The translations under genes were made by a program, and so were the position numbers. This document shows positions 1-11,348 of a stretch of DNA of 31,136 nucleotides, one piece after another (the stretch's first letter is position 1; the number at the start of each line of letters is the position of its first letter). Below the pieces are notes generated by a model. It was not told the origin of the DNA. It saw only the letters and a list, made by a program, of their open reading frames with translations, and ran no database searches. This DNA comes from Tubiluchus corallicola (taxonomy: Eukaryota; Animalia; Priapulida): NCBI GenBank assembly GCA_030141605.1, contig JAQGDQ010001643.1, positions 1-31,136 of the forward strand. Reading direction: 5' to 3'.

Positions 1-202
1 TGAATTATGCATTAGTCTATGCGTAGAGTGATTTACTAGTAGGATCTTGCTTGTAAACAACAAAATGCGAACTAGGTAAGGTTCTAGCTAGCTGTTAAAA
101 CTGTTACTATTACAACAGCTTGAGCTGCGAGGCATTATCTGGCACACTTAACCTTATTACCTTTTCACGATCATCATCAATTGATGAAACTGTGAAAAGG
201 CT
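1..202 (-). mobile_element. MITE family A, partial copy at the window edge
   Basis: Reverse complement of 1853-2054; ends in the TIR AAACTGTGAAAAGGCT followed by TA. Confidence 0.8.
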
Positions 203-380
203 TAATAAAATAATATAGCTTAAATCATTCACATCTTATTTACAACTATGCTATCTAACCTAGTCTAACTTGTCGTCATATAGTCCAACTTAATAGGGCT
301 TATAGTCTAAGACTATGTTGTTCAATTTGAATATTCGTATTAACAAATTTACTTTCAAACAGGTTGTTTTATTTACGATT

Positions 381-517
381 AATTCATCACACAGTACTGT
401 GTAACTAAAGTTCGTAGCAGAAAATGTGAAACAGAATAGAATTCATCACACAGTACTGTGTAACTAAAGTTCGTAGCAGAAAATATGAAATAGAATAGAA
501 TTCATCACACAGTACTG
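381..517. repeat. 59-bp tandem repeat, about 2.3 units
   Basis: AATTCATCACACAGTACTG recurs at 381, 440 and 499. Confidence 0.85.
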
Positions 518-1036
518 CAAGCCAGATCACAGTCATTATTGCACAATTTCATGAACAGTTACATATTACATATGTACATGCATAATTGAAAGCAAGCTAT
601 TGGAATTCCTATAGTGAAGGCAGCTGTAATTGTTTGACATGGATACTGTTGCTATGTCAGTTGATGTTTCTAACCATGCCGCAAAGCAACACTGCATGTT
701 ACGCAAAGTACCAGGCGTGTCGCGGTGTTATGGATTTAGAAGCTTAATTAATACTAAATTAGTAATCAAACGATTCGCTTCCGCCAAATAGACTGGGAAT
801 TAAGGATTATGCATTTTTTGACAGCAAAACAACATAAAAATTTGCTTTAGTCATTGAGTAAACATGATTGCCATTTTGTATGAATGTGTAAAAACCTTTT
901 GGTTGGGTAATATTGTTTCCATTTGGAGTATTGCTTGCTTTAACTAGCACGTGTAACATATAATTTATACATGTAATATGTTAATATGCGTAACATATAA
1001 TTTATACATATGTAATATGTTGACACGCATATAATA

Positions 1037-1423
1037 AACCTTTTTACAGTTCCAGCAATTGATGATGATCGTGGAAAGGTCAAAGGTTAAGTGTACCAGA
1101 CAACACATTTGTGTACACTTGACAACACCTTGCAGCCCATGCTGTTGTAATAGTAACAGTTTTAACAGCTAGCTAGAACATTACCTAGTTCATTTTTTCT
1201 TGTTCCTAAGCAAGATCCTGCTAGTAAATCACTCAGCGCACAGACTAATGCATAATTACGTAAAGTCCACGTAAAACAACTGAAGTTGCTGATTTGATGT
1301 GGCAGACGGCTTTGCTTTACCCACATATCACACTGCGGCTGTAGTTAAGGCGCATTGCTGTGGTACACTTAACCTTTGACCTACAGCAACGGTGTGTTCG
1401 CACAACGAAACTGTGAAAAGGCT
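1037..1423 (+). mobile_element. MITE family A (about 380 bp)
   Basis: TIR A(G)CCTTTT(C)ACAGTT...AACTGTGAAAAGGCT, plus subterminal IR AGGTCAAAGGTTAAGTGTACCA/TGGTACACTTAACCTTTGACCT; five copies in the window. Confidence 0.85.
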
Positions 1424-1521
1424 CATTTATATACATGGACGTCTCCAGTATTATTCACTGTGTTTTTGCCGAACTGCATAAGCTGTCAAGAGCCACAAGA
1501 AATATTCTTGACTCGCACCAG

Positions 1522-1629
1522 TGTGAACCATGCTTAACTACTCTTAATTGTGAACCATGCTTAACTACTCTTCATTGTGAACCATGCTTAACTACTCTTC
1601 ATTGTGAACCATGCTTAAGTACTCTTCAT
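1522..1629. repeat. 27-bp tandem repeat x4
   Basis: TGTGAACCATGCTTAACTACTCTTCAT. Confidence 0.9.
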
Positions 1630-1852
1630 TTCTCACACATAGTGCCTTTTTAAACACAGAATCAGAATAATGAATTAATCGTAAATAAAACAACCTGTTT
1701 ATTAAATTTGTTAATACGAATATTCAAATTGAACAGCTATAGTCTTAGACTATAAGCCGTATTAAGTTGGACTATATGATGACAAGTTAGACTAGGTTAG
1801 ATAGCATAGTTGTAAATAAGATGTGAATGATTTAAACTATATTATTTTATTA

Positions 1853-2215
1853 AGCCTTTTCACAGTTTCAGCGATTGATGATGATCATGAAAAGGTAAAA
1901 AGGTTAAATGTACCAGATAATGCCTCGCAGCCCATGTAGTTGCAATAGTAACAGTTTTAACAGCTAGCTAGAACCTTACCTAGTTCATTTTTTCTTGTTC
2001 CCAAGCAAGATCCTGCTAGTAAATCATTGTACGCATAGACTAATGCATAATTCAGCACAACCACGTAAAACGACTGAAGTTACTGAACTGGTGCGGGAGA
2101 CGGTTTTGCTTTACCCACTTGTCAAGTACGTTGTGGTTAAGACACGTTGCTGTGGTACACTTGACCTTTGACCTACAGCAATTGCGCATGCGCACAACAA
2201 AACTGCGAAAAGGCT
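1853..2215 (+). mobile_element. MITE family A copy
   Basis: Same TIRs, TA on both sides; small internal deletion shared with the 1-202 copy. Confidence 0.85.
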
Positions 2216-2299
2216 TATTGAAACAGATCAAATTGGATTAGGTTAGGTTAGATTGAATCACATGAACGAAAATTGATTATCATTTTACTGACTCTTACT

Positions 2300-2368
2300 C
2301 AGGGCCTATTTCAGCCTAAGTGAGGCCCGGGGAAGTATAAACACCCCCCCCCCCCGAAATAGGCCCTG
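2300..2368 (+). mobile_element. 69-bp hAT-like mini-element (family B)
   Basis: TIR CAGGGCCTATTTC/GAAATAGGCCCTG; perfect 8-bp TSD CTCTTACT. Confidence 0.85.
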
Positions 2369-2756
2369 CTCTTACTCAAACATAATATTTTCATTATTAT
2401 GGACATCATATCATTATCATTTCATTATCATGGACATTACTAAAACCTTAAACATACTGAAAAATATAATATTATTAACTTCTTCAGACATACTATATTA
2501 AGCTAATTACATAAATAGTATTGTTAACTTAACATACAACCAATATCATACATACTATAAGTATGACAACATATTTATTATTTGTAAAGAAATCAATTAA
2601 GCAGTTTATGCAGAGCCTGGAGGCTGGAGTCTCAATTTTGGTTTACATTGTTTGTCTGGTGATATAGAGCCAAAGATGACGCAGACATGAAACGAACATA
2701 CTACTTATATAAACTATGCCTTCTTGTTTTCAATGCATTTTTATACGTGATATACG

Positions 2757-4149
2757 TAGGACTGGATTACCCTATAGGCTAGTATAGGCTGCAGCCTAGG
2801 GCACCTCAAGCTTTGGGAGCAGGGCTGGATTACCCTATAGGCTAGTATAGGCTGCAGGCTAGGGCACCTCAAGCTTTGGGAGCAGGGCTGGATCACCCTA
2901 TAGGCTAGTATAGGCTGCAGGCTAGGGCACCTCAAGCTTTGGGAGCAGGGCTGGATCACCCTATAGGCTAGTATAGGCTGTAGCCTAGGGCACTTCAAGC
3001 TTTGGGAGCAGGGCTGGATCACCCTATAGGCTAGTATAGGCTGTAGCCTAGGGCACCTCAAGCTTTGGAAGCAGGGCTGGATTACCCTATAGGCTAGTAT
3101 AGACTGCAGCCTAGGGTCCCTCAAGCTTTGGGAATAGGGCTGGATCACCCTATAGGCTAGTATAGGCTGCAGCCTAGGACCCCTCAAGCTTTGGGAGCAG
3201 GGCTGGATTACCCTATAGGCTAGTATAGGCTGTAGCCTAGGGCACCTCAAGCTTTGGAAGCAGGGCTGGATTACCCTATAGGCTAGTATAGGCTGTAGCC
3301 TAGGGCACCTCAAGCTTTGGGAGCAGGGCTGGATCACCCTATAGGCTAGTATAGGCTGTAGCCTAGGGCACTTCAAGCTTTGGGAGCAGGGCTGGATCAC
3401 CCTATAGGCTAGTATAGGCTGTAGCCTAGGGCACCTCAAGCTTTGGAAGCAGGGCTGGATTACCCTATAGGCTAGTATAGGCTGTAGCCTAGGGCAGCTC
3501 AAGCTTTGGGAGCAGGGCTGGATCACCCAAGTAGGCTGAGCTAGGCACCAGCTTGGGAGCAGGGCTGGATCACCCTATAGGCTAGTATAGGCTGTAGCCT
3601 AGGGCACTTCAAGCTTTGGGAGCAGGGCTGGATCACCCTATAGGCTAGTATAGGCTGTAGCCTAGGGCACCTCAAGCTTTGGAAGCAGGGCTGGATTACC
3701 CTATAGGCTAGTATAGGCTGTAGCCTAGGGCAGCTCAAGCTTTGGGAGCAGGGCTGGATCACCCTATAGGCTAGTATAGGCTGTAGCCTAGGGCACTTCA
3801 AGCTTTGGGAGCAGGGCTGGATCACCCTATAGGCTAGTATAGGCTGCAGGCTAGGGCACCTCAAGCTTTGGTGACATTTGGTAAAAAATCAGTTTTTCTT
3901 GAAATATGTGCTAATCTGGTTTGCGATGTACAGCAAAATAGTGGTTTTTCATAAAGAGTATTCTTACTGACAAAAAAGATAGCTAGTTTGTCTAAAGAAT
4001 TTGCAATAAGTTTACATGAATCTATGTAATAGTCGCTAAACATATCACCAGTAAAAATATTCAAGACAGGGGCGGGCGAGTTAGCGGGTGGTTCTATCAT
4101 AGCCCCCCCCCCATAAATCCATTAGCCTAGGGCCTCAAAATCCAGCCCA
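2757..4149 (+). mobile_element. hAT-like MITE whose left end is tandemly amplified
   Basis: Left TAGGACTGGATT (array units read CAGGGCTGGATT), right AATCCAGCCC; degenerate 8-bp TSD GATATACG/CATACACG. Confidence 0.55.
2762..3870. repeat. 63-bp minisatellite, about 17 units, one degenerate unit near 3529-3555
   Basis: Unit CAGGGCTGGATCACCCTATAGGCTAGTATAGGCTGTAGCCTAGGGCACCTCAAGCTTTGGGAG; explains the 21-aa periodic ORFs. Confidence 0.95.
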
Positions 4150-4163
4150 CATACACGATATTT

Positions 4164-4169
4164 TTTATT
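4164..4169 (-). terminator. Candidate polyadenylation signal AATAAA of the WDR86-like gene
   Basis: First AATAAA on the minus strand after the stop codon; supported by position only. Confidence 0.4.
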
Positions 4170-4339
4170 GAGTAAATTGACTTTTCTTATTGGTGGTAGA
4201 GAAACTAAAAGCATTAATTGTAGATAAAATCGATAAATATGATACTAAAAAAATTATAATTAAATCTGAACATTATATCAGCATATCACAATTTTTCAGC
4301 ATTTTAGTTTTGAAAATGAAAACAAAATCAGAAAAATTT

Positions 4340-4558
4340 TCACCGGGTGATTTGATTATAAGCGTTTAAGACCTCGTCATCTAGAGGATCATCTTTTCTC
4401 AGTCCAATATCTCTGTTATTATTGAGTATAATTGCTGTATTCTCTCCATTAACGTTTAGTTGGTTGTTAGTATCAGCAGCCATCCCTCCACTAAACTTTT
4501 CTATTTCTTTTGTTTGCTGTTTAGACTTGAATAATTTTTCATCCTTGAGCGCAGCATC
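4340..4558 (-). CDS. WDR86: WDR86-like terminal exon 8 (DAALKDEKLF...AYNQITR*), non-WD tail
   Basis: TTATTTCAG acceptor, phase 0, 72 codons plus TGA; hydrophilic protein-like composition; AATAAA about 170 nt downstream. Confidence 0.75.
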   Translation of the reverse strand, partial: DAALKDEKLFKSKQQTKEIEKFSGGMAADTNNQLNVNGENTAIILNNNRDIGLRKDDPLDDEVLNAYNQITR

Positions 4559-4607
4559 CTGAAATAAGAAAATAGAGGTAATATTACAGTAGCTACATAT
4601 AGTTATA

Positions 4608-5173
4608 TAGGTTTTACACGTCAAATGTAGACCCAGAAAAGTTCAAATGTGACTTAGGTAAGTGAAATGTAGACATAGGAATTTCTAATGTTTTGGTAAC
4701 TGAAATATGACTTAGGTAAGTCAAATGTAGATGCATTACTTTGAACAAATCGGTAATTAAGTTATTTAAGTGCGAATTAGAAAAATATAAACTACAGATA
4801 GTGTATCTATTAGTAGGAGTATAACGTTGTTATTTTAACTTAGGAGCAATTATTAAGTTGAAATTAAAGAAGATTAAATTTAACATCCTTGAACTTTACC
4901 ACCTATCCACATTTGAGATACCAATGTCACATTTGACTTGACGTGTCTACATTTGACTTACCAAAAGCGCTCAAGATTTCTTGAAAACCATTGTTAACAC
5001 ATTTGAACTACCTAAATCTACATTTGACTTACCAAAAACGCTTAAGATTTCTTGAAAACCATTGTTAACACATTTGAACTACCTAAGTCTACATTTGAGT
5101 TACCAAGACACATTTGAATTACCTAAATCTACATTTGAGTTAACGCACGTGTACATTTGACATGTAAAACCTA
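4608..5173. mobile_element. TIR element with 8-bp TSD and repetitive inverted arms
   Basis: TAGGTTTTACACGTCAAATGTA/TACATTTGACATGTAAAACCTA; TSD TAGTTATA; many TCAAATGT motifs on the left and ACATTTGA on the right. Confidence 0.8.
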
Positions 5174-5289
5174 TAGTTATAGCTCTTTAGCAAGAGCAAG
5201 AACAGGGCTACACGATGATGTGGGCTACATTTTAGGGCACGTCCACCAAGAGGAGTACCGACGAGTTAATTAGATGTTCTATTTTCGGC

Positions 5290-5489
5290 AATTTTCGCTT
5301 AGAAAACTGCTGACGCAAAGCCATTGTTGTGACGTCATCCATTATACTCTGTCTATAAACTTAAAACTTTAATTCAGTAAAAGCTGCTGCTGCTGGGTTT
5401 GCGTTATAAACGAGGACCATGAAGGACGTTCGCGTATTATTGATTATAAGTGTACTTATGCGCAAAATTTTTTGCGGGGCCTTTGCTAG
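5290..5489 (+). mobile_element. Helitron-like 3' end, copy 1
   Basis: About 200 bp shared with 14285-14483; ends in hairpin CGCAAAA-TT-TTTTGCG, 9 nt, then CTAG|T. Confidence 0.6.
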
Positions 5490-5604
5490 TTATAATATTA
5501 TTATTATTGTTAATAATTATAGTTATTAATATTATTATGTCATAATATTACTATAGTTTTAGGTAACTGAATGATTGTAGTAAATAAAAATTGTTGACCC
5601 AATA

Positions 5605-5980
5605 AGCCTTTTCACAGTTCCAGCGATTGATGATGATCGCAAAAAGGTCAAAGGTTGAGTGTACCAAACAACACATTTGTGAACACTTGACAACACCTCT
5701 CAGCCCATGCTGTTGTAACAGTAACAGTTTTGACAGCTAGAACTTTGCCTAGTTCATTTTTCTTGTTTCCAAGCAAGATCCTACTAGTAAATCACTCAGC
5801 GCACAGACTAATGCATACTTAAGTAAAGTCCACATAAAACAACTGAAGTTACTAAACAGACGCAGCAGACGGCTTTGCTTTACCCACATGTCACGTGATT
5901 GTTGTAGTTAAGACGTGTTGCTGTGGTAACCTCTAACCTACAGCAACTACGCGTGCGCTCAACGAAACTGTGAAAGGGCG
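5605..5980 (+). mobile_element. MITE family A copy in intron 7
   Basis: Colinear with 1037-1423; right TIR slightly degenerate. Confidence 0.85.
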
Positions 5981-6040
5981 ACATATTTATGCTGATAGTG
6001 GTCAAGTGGTCAATTGGTCATGAAAAAAAACTAATCTTAC

Positions 6041-6142
6041 TGTTTCCGGTTCTTCCTGGACAGTTTCTTCCCGCATGCCGCTTGCATCCCAAACCCTGAG
6101 CGTTCCATCATATGAACCGGTGAACAATCGTTTATCTACAAC
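6041..6142 (-). CDS. WDR86: WDR86-like exon 7 (VVDKRLFTGSYDGTLRVWDASGMREETVQEEPET)
   Basis: TTATTCAG acceptor, GTAAGA donor, 102 nt, phase 0/0; last WD repeat. Confidence 0.9.
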
Positions 6143-6170
6143 CTGAATAAAAACTGGTTTTATTGACAAA

Positions 6171-6479
6171 TTACTAAGATTGAGTGTAATTATGTGAATG
6201 AGGTAGGACCGGTACTCAGGTCTCATTCAACCAAACAAGTTTTTTCACACCTGTTTGTTACTAAGATTGGGTGTAATTATGTGAATGAGGCAGGACTGGT
6301 ACTACAGCTCTCATTCAACCAAACAAGTTTTTTCACAACTGTTTGTTTCTAAGATTGAGTGTAATTATGTGAATGAGGCAGGACTGGTACTACAGCTCTC
6401 ATTCAACCAAACAAGTTTTTTCACAACTGTTTGTTTCTAAGATTGAGTGTAATTATGTGAATGAGGTAGGACCGGTACT
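6171..6479. repeat. About 88-bp tandem repeat x3.5
   Basis: CTAAGATTGAGTGTAATTATGTGAATGAGG recurs at 87-88 bp spacing. Confidence 0.9.
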
Positions 6480-6824
6480 GAAGGAAAATTTAATCCCGAG
6501 TGTTTTAGTGGTCAATACGCACGGAATCCACCCGGAAAATTGTTTTCTAATTCATAATTAGAAATCAAAAACTTTTTTTCGAGGGATCTAAGACTTGTTT
6601 ATAGTTCTGTTTAACGATACAGCATTGTTGTCCAATCTTATCATAGGCTGCACACAAGTAGTAGGGATCGACTCGTGTGTGGCTGTAGCCCAGACGCCAA
6701 TAATATTATTACAGCAGAAAAAAGTAAAATAGAATAAAACGGAGCATGAAGTAGCACATGTAGAACAGTGTGAATAAAGTTTAAGTTTTTCCATAAACTT
6801 GGCTTTACCAGTTGCAAGAAACTT

Positions 6825-7415
6825 GAAAAAAGTAGTATATGCTTGCAGCCTCTGTCCTCCAGGAAAATTGTTTACATATAGTTTGGGTTCTAAGGAAGTA
6901 GTATGTATCTGCAGCCTCTGTCCTCCAGGAAAATTGTTTACACATTGTTTGGGTTCTAAGAAAGTAGTATGTATCTGCAGCCTCTGTCCTTCAGGAAAAT
7001 TGTTTACATATCGTTTGCGTTCTAAGAAAGTAGTATGAATCTGCAGGCTCTACCCTCCAGGAAAGTTGTTTACATATCATTTGGGTTCTAAGAAAGTAGT
7101 ATGTATCTGCAGCCTCTGTCCTCCAGGAAAGTTGTTTACATATCATTTGGTTTCTAAGAAAGTAGTATGTATCTGCAGCCTCTGTCCTTCAGGAAAATTG
7201 TTTACATATCGTTTGGGTTCTAAGAAAGTAGTATATATCCGCAGCCTCTGCCCTTCAGGAAAGTTGTTTACACATCGTTTGAGTCCCAAGTAAGTAGTAT
7301 GTATATGCAGCCTTTGTTTTTTAAAAAAGTTGTTTACATATCGTTTGGATTTAACTAAAGCAGTATAAGTATTTAGCATTTCAATCATACAAAAGTAGTA
7401 CGTATCTGTAGCTTC
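6825..7415. repeat. 66-bp minisatellite, about 9 units
   Basis: AGTAGTATGTATCTGCAGCCTCTGTCCTCCAGGAAA recurs every 66 bp. Confidence 0.92.
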
Positions 7416-7902
7416 TACGTGTTATGAAGGTATCTGTGAGTTTCGCTTGTAAAGAAAGTAAAATTAAATTGTAGAAATAAATTAGAATTAAACTCAACAC
7501 ATTTTCATTGAGCTACAATCTCACTTGATGCAAAACGGTTTTCTGCAAAATGTTAACCATTCAATTCAGTGGGACAGTAATAGTTTAATGGCGCAGTTTC
7601 ACAAACAATGTGAGAAATCATTGCACAAATCCAGTCACATCAATCACAGCGCTTCATGCAACTTGGAAGAATGCACAATACACAGATCGCAAGCCCCGCC
7701 CATCTTGGTGACGTAACACAAGGAAAATGCCTGCTATTCCTTCAACACAGTCGTGCTGCAGTTAGGAAAGCTGTTATTCGATCATCAATGCAATCGAGCG
7801 CATGCAAGGAAAGACAATGCAGAGAACAATGCTTGACAACAATGTAGGGAAAGTTCTTGACAACAACGCAGTGAACTTGGGTAGCTTTATCAATCATTCA
7901 CG

Positions 7903-8273
7903 CAGGGGCGTAGCCAGGTTCTAAAGTTAGAGGGAGCAAGCACATCACATAAAAAGACACCGTGACGCATGCCAAACGATTTTTAATGCATTGGCTATAC
8001 GTTAAAATCTTGTGTTTAAAATCAAAAAATGAGGTGGATACATAATTGTTTATTTGTATTTCAAATTAAAACACAATAAAAAGTTTTACAGTAAACTCTT
8101 AAATCTCGTAAACATAACAAAAACGCGCGTTATTTAATGATTTTAATTTTAAATGTGAACTGAAAACAAAATGAATGAGTTTTGGCGCCGTTGAAAAAGC
8201 GCAAATTTTCAAACATGCGCTTGGGGGGGGGGGGTCGGTTGCTCCCCTTACTCCCCTATTAGCTACGCCACTG
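7903..8273 (+). mobile_element. hAT-like MITE (family C)
   Basis: TIR CAGGGGCGTAGC/GCTACGCCACTG; no clean TSD; partial second copy at 14481-14578. Confidence 0.65.
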
Positions 8274-9249
8274 CACATGCAGGTTACATAGGGATTTTTT
8301 GTTCACAAAACATGCAGGTGCTACGCAGGTAACTTATGTAACTACTTAATACGTTAATGACATACAAATGATTAGACTTAGCTAATTCTTATCAACTGTC
8401 AAATAAGCAACTTGAAGACTTGTTTTTGTTTATTCTTCCCGTAAGTTAAGCATAATGCAAACTGACTTAGTAACAGATGATTTTTTTCAAACTGTTATGA
8501 AAAATGTGAAACATTCTGCTTAGTATCTTCTACCTAGAAAATTTTGCATTAAAACCATGGAAGGTTTTTGTTATTTTTAGTATGAACGCAGGTCCTTTTT
8601 CTTTATTTTTCATGCAGTGTGAATCGAGCATTAGTTTTTTGCGTTCTGTTATTTCCAGGTATTTGAAAACATGTCAAAACTAACCTAACAAGATTTCGTG
8701 CTCATAAATTACCAATTGAAATCGGTAGATATCAGAAGCCGAAAAAATACCTGTAGAACAACGAGTATGTAGCAGTTCGTGTTTTAAAATGCGTCACAAG
8801 ATGCAGACGTTGTTAAAATTAATGCCAGATTGGCCACAAAATATTTGAAGACAGGCCCGACTGAAATAACTCAGTGCAAGCCTGACTGACTGACTGACTG
8901 ACTGACCAACTGTAATATATAGTTTACGATATGTATATATGTTGTTTTGTTGTATGCACTTTTTAGTGCTTGAACCATTACACCACATACATACATGTGG
9001 TTTCTTTTTCCGATGTTTTTTAGTCTACTTTTTCTTTGTCTCTTGTAATTTGCTTTGCTCAGTGGTTCGATGAATATAAAATATTACTTCAGCATTGCAG
9101 TATGTTTTGTAAGCTTTGAAACTGTTTTCTTCTGTCTCTCCTCTCTCCATACTCTCAGTTTTTTAACTTTACTCACTAACCTTGGCCAAATTCCCCTGTT
9201 AATAAGACCCCTATTTGAAAATACTATATATAATAATCATAATTACTGA

Positions 9250-9636
9250 ATAATTGTATTGTTTTGTTTAAATTTAGGTATCTAACTTTATTATTTTTTG
9301 TTTTCACTTCTTTTTTTTTCATAATTTGTATCATTTATACTGTTTATTATTATTATTTTTTCTTATTTGTTTTTGTTTTTGTTATCTGCAGCATCACCAT
9401 TTATTTTTAATATACTAATTTAATTATAAGACAGGGCAGGAGACTAGATGACCCTATGGTCCTTCCCTGCCCTGCTCCATGATTATAATTACGTAATATT
9501 TAAAAAACTTTTTATGTCAAACAAATTGGAGAAAATAAATGTTCTATGTCTATGTCTATGTCTATGTCTATGTCTATGTCTATGTCTATGTCTATGTCTA
9601 TGTCTATGTCTATGTCTATGTCTATGTCTATGTCTA
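9250..9636 (+). mobile_element. CR1/L2-like LINE 3' end with (TCTATG)n tail; 5' boundary uncertain
   Basis: Hairpin CAGGGCAGG..GACTAGATGACC..GGTCCTT..CCTGCCCTG, then AATAAA and about 15 x TCTATG, resembling CR1-type termini. Confidence 0.55.
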
Positions 9637-9769
9637 CACTTATGGTAGTAGCTTTAACTAGTTTCTTCTCTTTTGCACAAAGTGTTAAGTCAAACAGTAA
9701 AACCAGCAGCAATACATGCATGCAGCAGTTTGGCATTAAGCTGGGTTCACACCACACGCAAACCTCTAC

Positions 9770-9873
9770 CTGTAGGCAGGATACCGCACACTCGTGTCCA
9801 ACGTACACCCGTTTAGGAGCACCTGACTTTGCATCGTAGGCTCTGGCTTGACAATCACCTGAGCCAGTGAATA
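9770..9873 (-). CDS. WDR86: WDR86-like alternative exon 6b (VFTGSGDCQARAYDAKSGAPKRVYVGHECAVSCLQ)
   Basis: TTGTCAG acceptor, GTAGAG donor, 104 nt, phase 1/0. Closer to the vertebrate WDR86 segment as I recall it (FTGSGDACARAFDAQSG). Confidence 0.88.
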
Positions 9874-10149
9874 CTGACAACAAAATAACAACAACTTGAT
9901 TGTAAACAATAAACAAAAAAAAACTCGGAGGACAATACTGACTTCATTGTTGTTCATGCACAAACTAAACTGTCTCAGAAACACGAAATAGCAGAGAAAC
10001 GTGTCAAGTCTTGTCTCATCTCGTTAGATTTTCAAAAACCAAATTCACCAAAAAGAAAGGGAACGTGAAAAGGCTGGGTCAGAACTCAGTAATCTAGTTG
10101 TCCTAGCAGCTGATTTGTATCCGTGGGTCACCGATTCCAATCTAGAATA

Positions 10150-11037
10150 AGCATTTTCACAGTTCCAGCGATTGATGATGATCGTAAAAAAGTCAAGGGT
10201 TAAGTGTACCAGACAACGCATTTGTGTACACATCGCAATAGTAACCATTTTAACAGCTAGCTAGAACATTACCTAGTTCATTTTTTCTTGTTCCCAAGCA
10301 AGATCCTGCTATTAGATCACTTTACAGACAGACTAATGCATCATTAAGTAAAGTCCATGTAAAATAACTGAAGTTAATAAACTGATGTGATAGACGGCTT
10401 TTTATTACCCATATGTCACGTGACGGTTGTAGTTAGTTTAAACATCATTTATTGTAGGATTGGATCAGACAGTTTCAACAACATTTAGGATCCTCACCAC
10501 AACAGACTTTATACACTATTTACAAAAACATTTACAGTAAGAATAGACTATAACTACACAAGCTTTACTACAAGATTACATTAGACATAAGCACAAAATG
10601 ACAGTTAGAAAATATTAATGTACAAATATTTAAGACTGATGCATTTCATATCAGATAGAAACTACTGGAAGCGTTTAGTACGTAATATAAAGCCATGTAT
10701 ACATTGGAATATTTTACAGTTAGCAACATAGTTAAATTCATCTTTACCGAATAATAACAACTTCAACAGATCATTAGTTCCTAAAGCAGCTATATTAAGG
10801 TTTTCAGGCAGAAGTATTTAATTTAATTTATCAAACATAACTACCCTAGCTAGTTCATACAATGGGCAGTGCAACAAAAAGTGTTCAACAGACTCAAATC
10901 GAAATCCACAGCTACAATTCAGCAATACTGTATGACCGATACTTATCTTGACGACGGTTGCGGTTAAGACGCGTTGCAGTGATACACATTAACCTTTGAC
11001 CTACAGCAACTGCACGTAAAGAAACTGTGAAAATGCT
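10150..11037 (+). mobile_element. MITE family A copy interrupted by a LINE fragment
   Basis: TIRs AGCATTTTCACAGTT/AACTGTGAAAATGCT, TA-flanked; the body breaks at about 10435 and resumes at about 10953. Confidence 0.8.
10436..10952 (-). mobile_element. 5'-truncated non-LTR retrotransposon (ORF2 C-terminus plus 3' UTR)
   Basis: Minus strand translates to NCSCGFRFESVEHFLLHCPLY...LLLFG...IFQCIHGFILRTKRFQ* (CCHC knuckle, one internal stop). AATAAA near the 3' end; about 14-bp TSD GACGGTTG(TA/CG)GTTA. Confidence 0.8.
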
Positions 11038-11348
11038 TATTATTAGATTTTCGAAACCAAATTTACCAAAAGAAAAGCAACGTGAAAAAGCTGAGACAGA
11101 ACTGTGTAATCCAGTTGTCCTAGAAAGTGATTTGTAATCCGATTCCAATCTAGAATCATCGGTCATCGATTCCTATTTAGATTTCCAATTTCAAAATTCA
11201 ATAATTACCACTTTGTTTCATCATTACGTGAAGCGTGTTCTTATCTATGACTATGACGTGTTCTTATCTATGGCTAATATTAAAGCGTTTGAGATTACTA
11301 AGATTTCCCTCACTGTTTTCAGCGGGCTAATCACGCGGTAGAAGTTAT

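Noticed and set aside
2741-3864. 261-aa and 107-aa repetitive ORFs
   Set aside because: Translations of a 63-bp (3n) minisatellite; no splice or homology support.
6799-7388. Cys-rich 'CSLCPPGK' ORFs resembling TNFR or zinc-finger repeats
   Set aside because: 66-bp array with stops in some units, antisense within an intron.
8751-8860. Possible third exon-6 copy (AG...CAG|GT, 110 nt, minus strand)
   Set aside because: No WD40 similarity and an in-frame TAA in phase 1.
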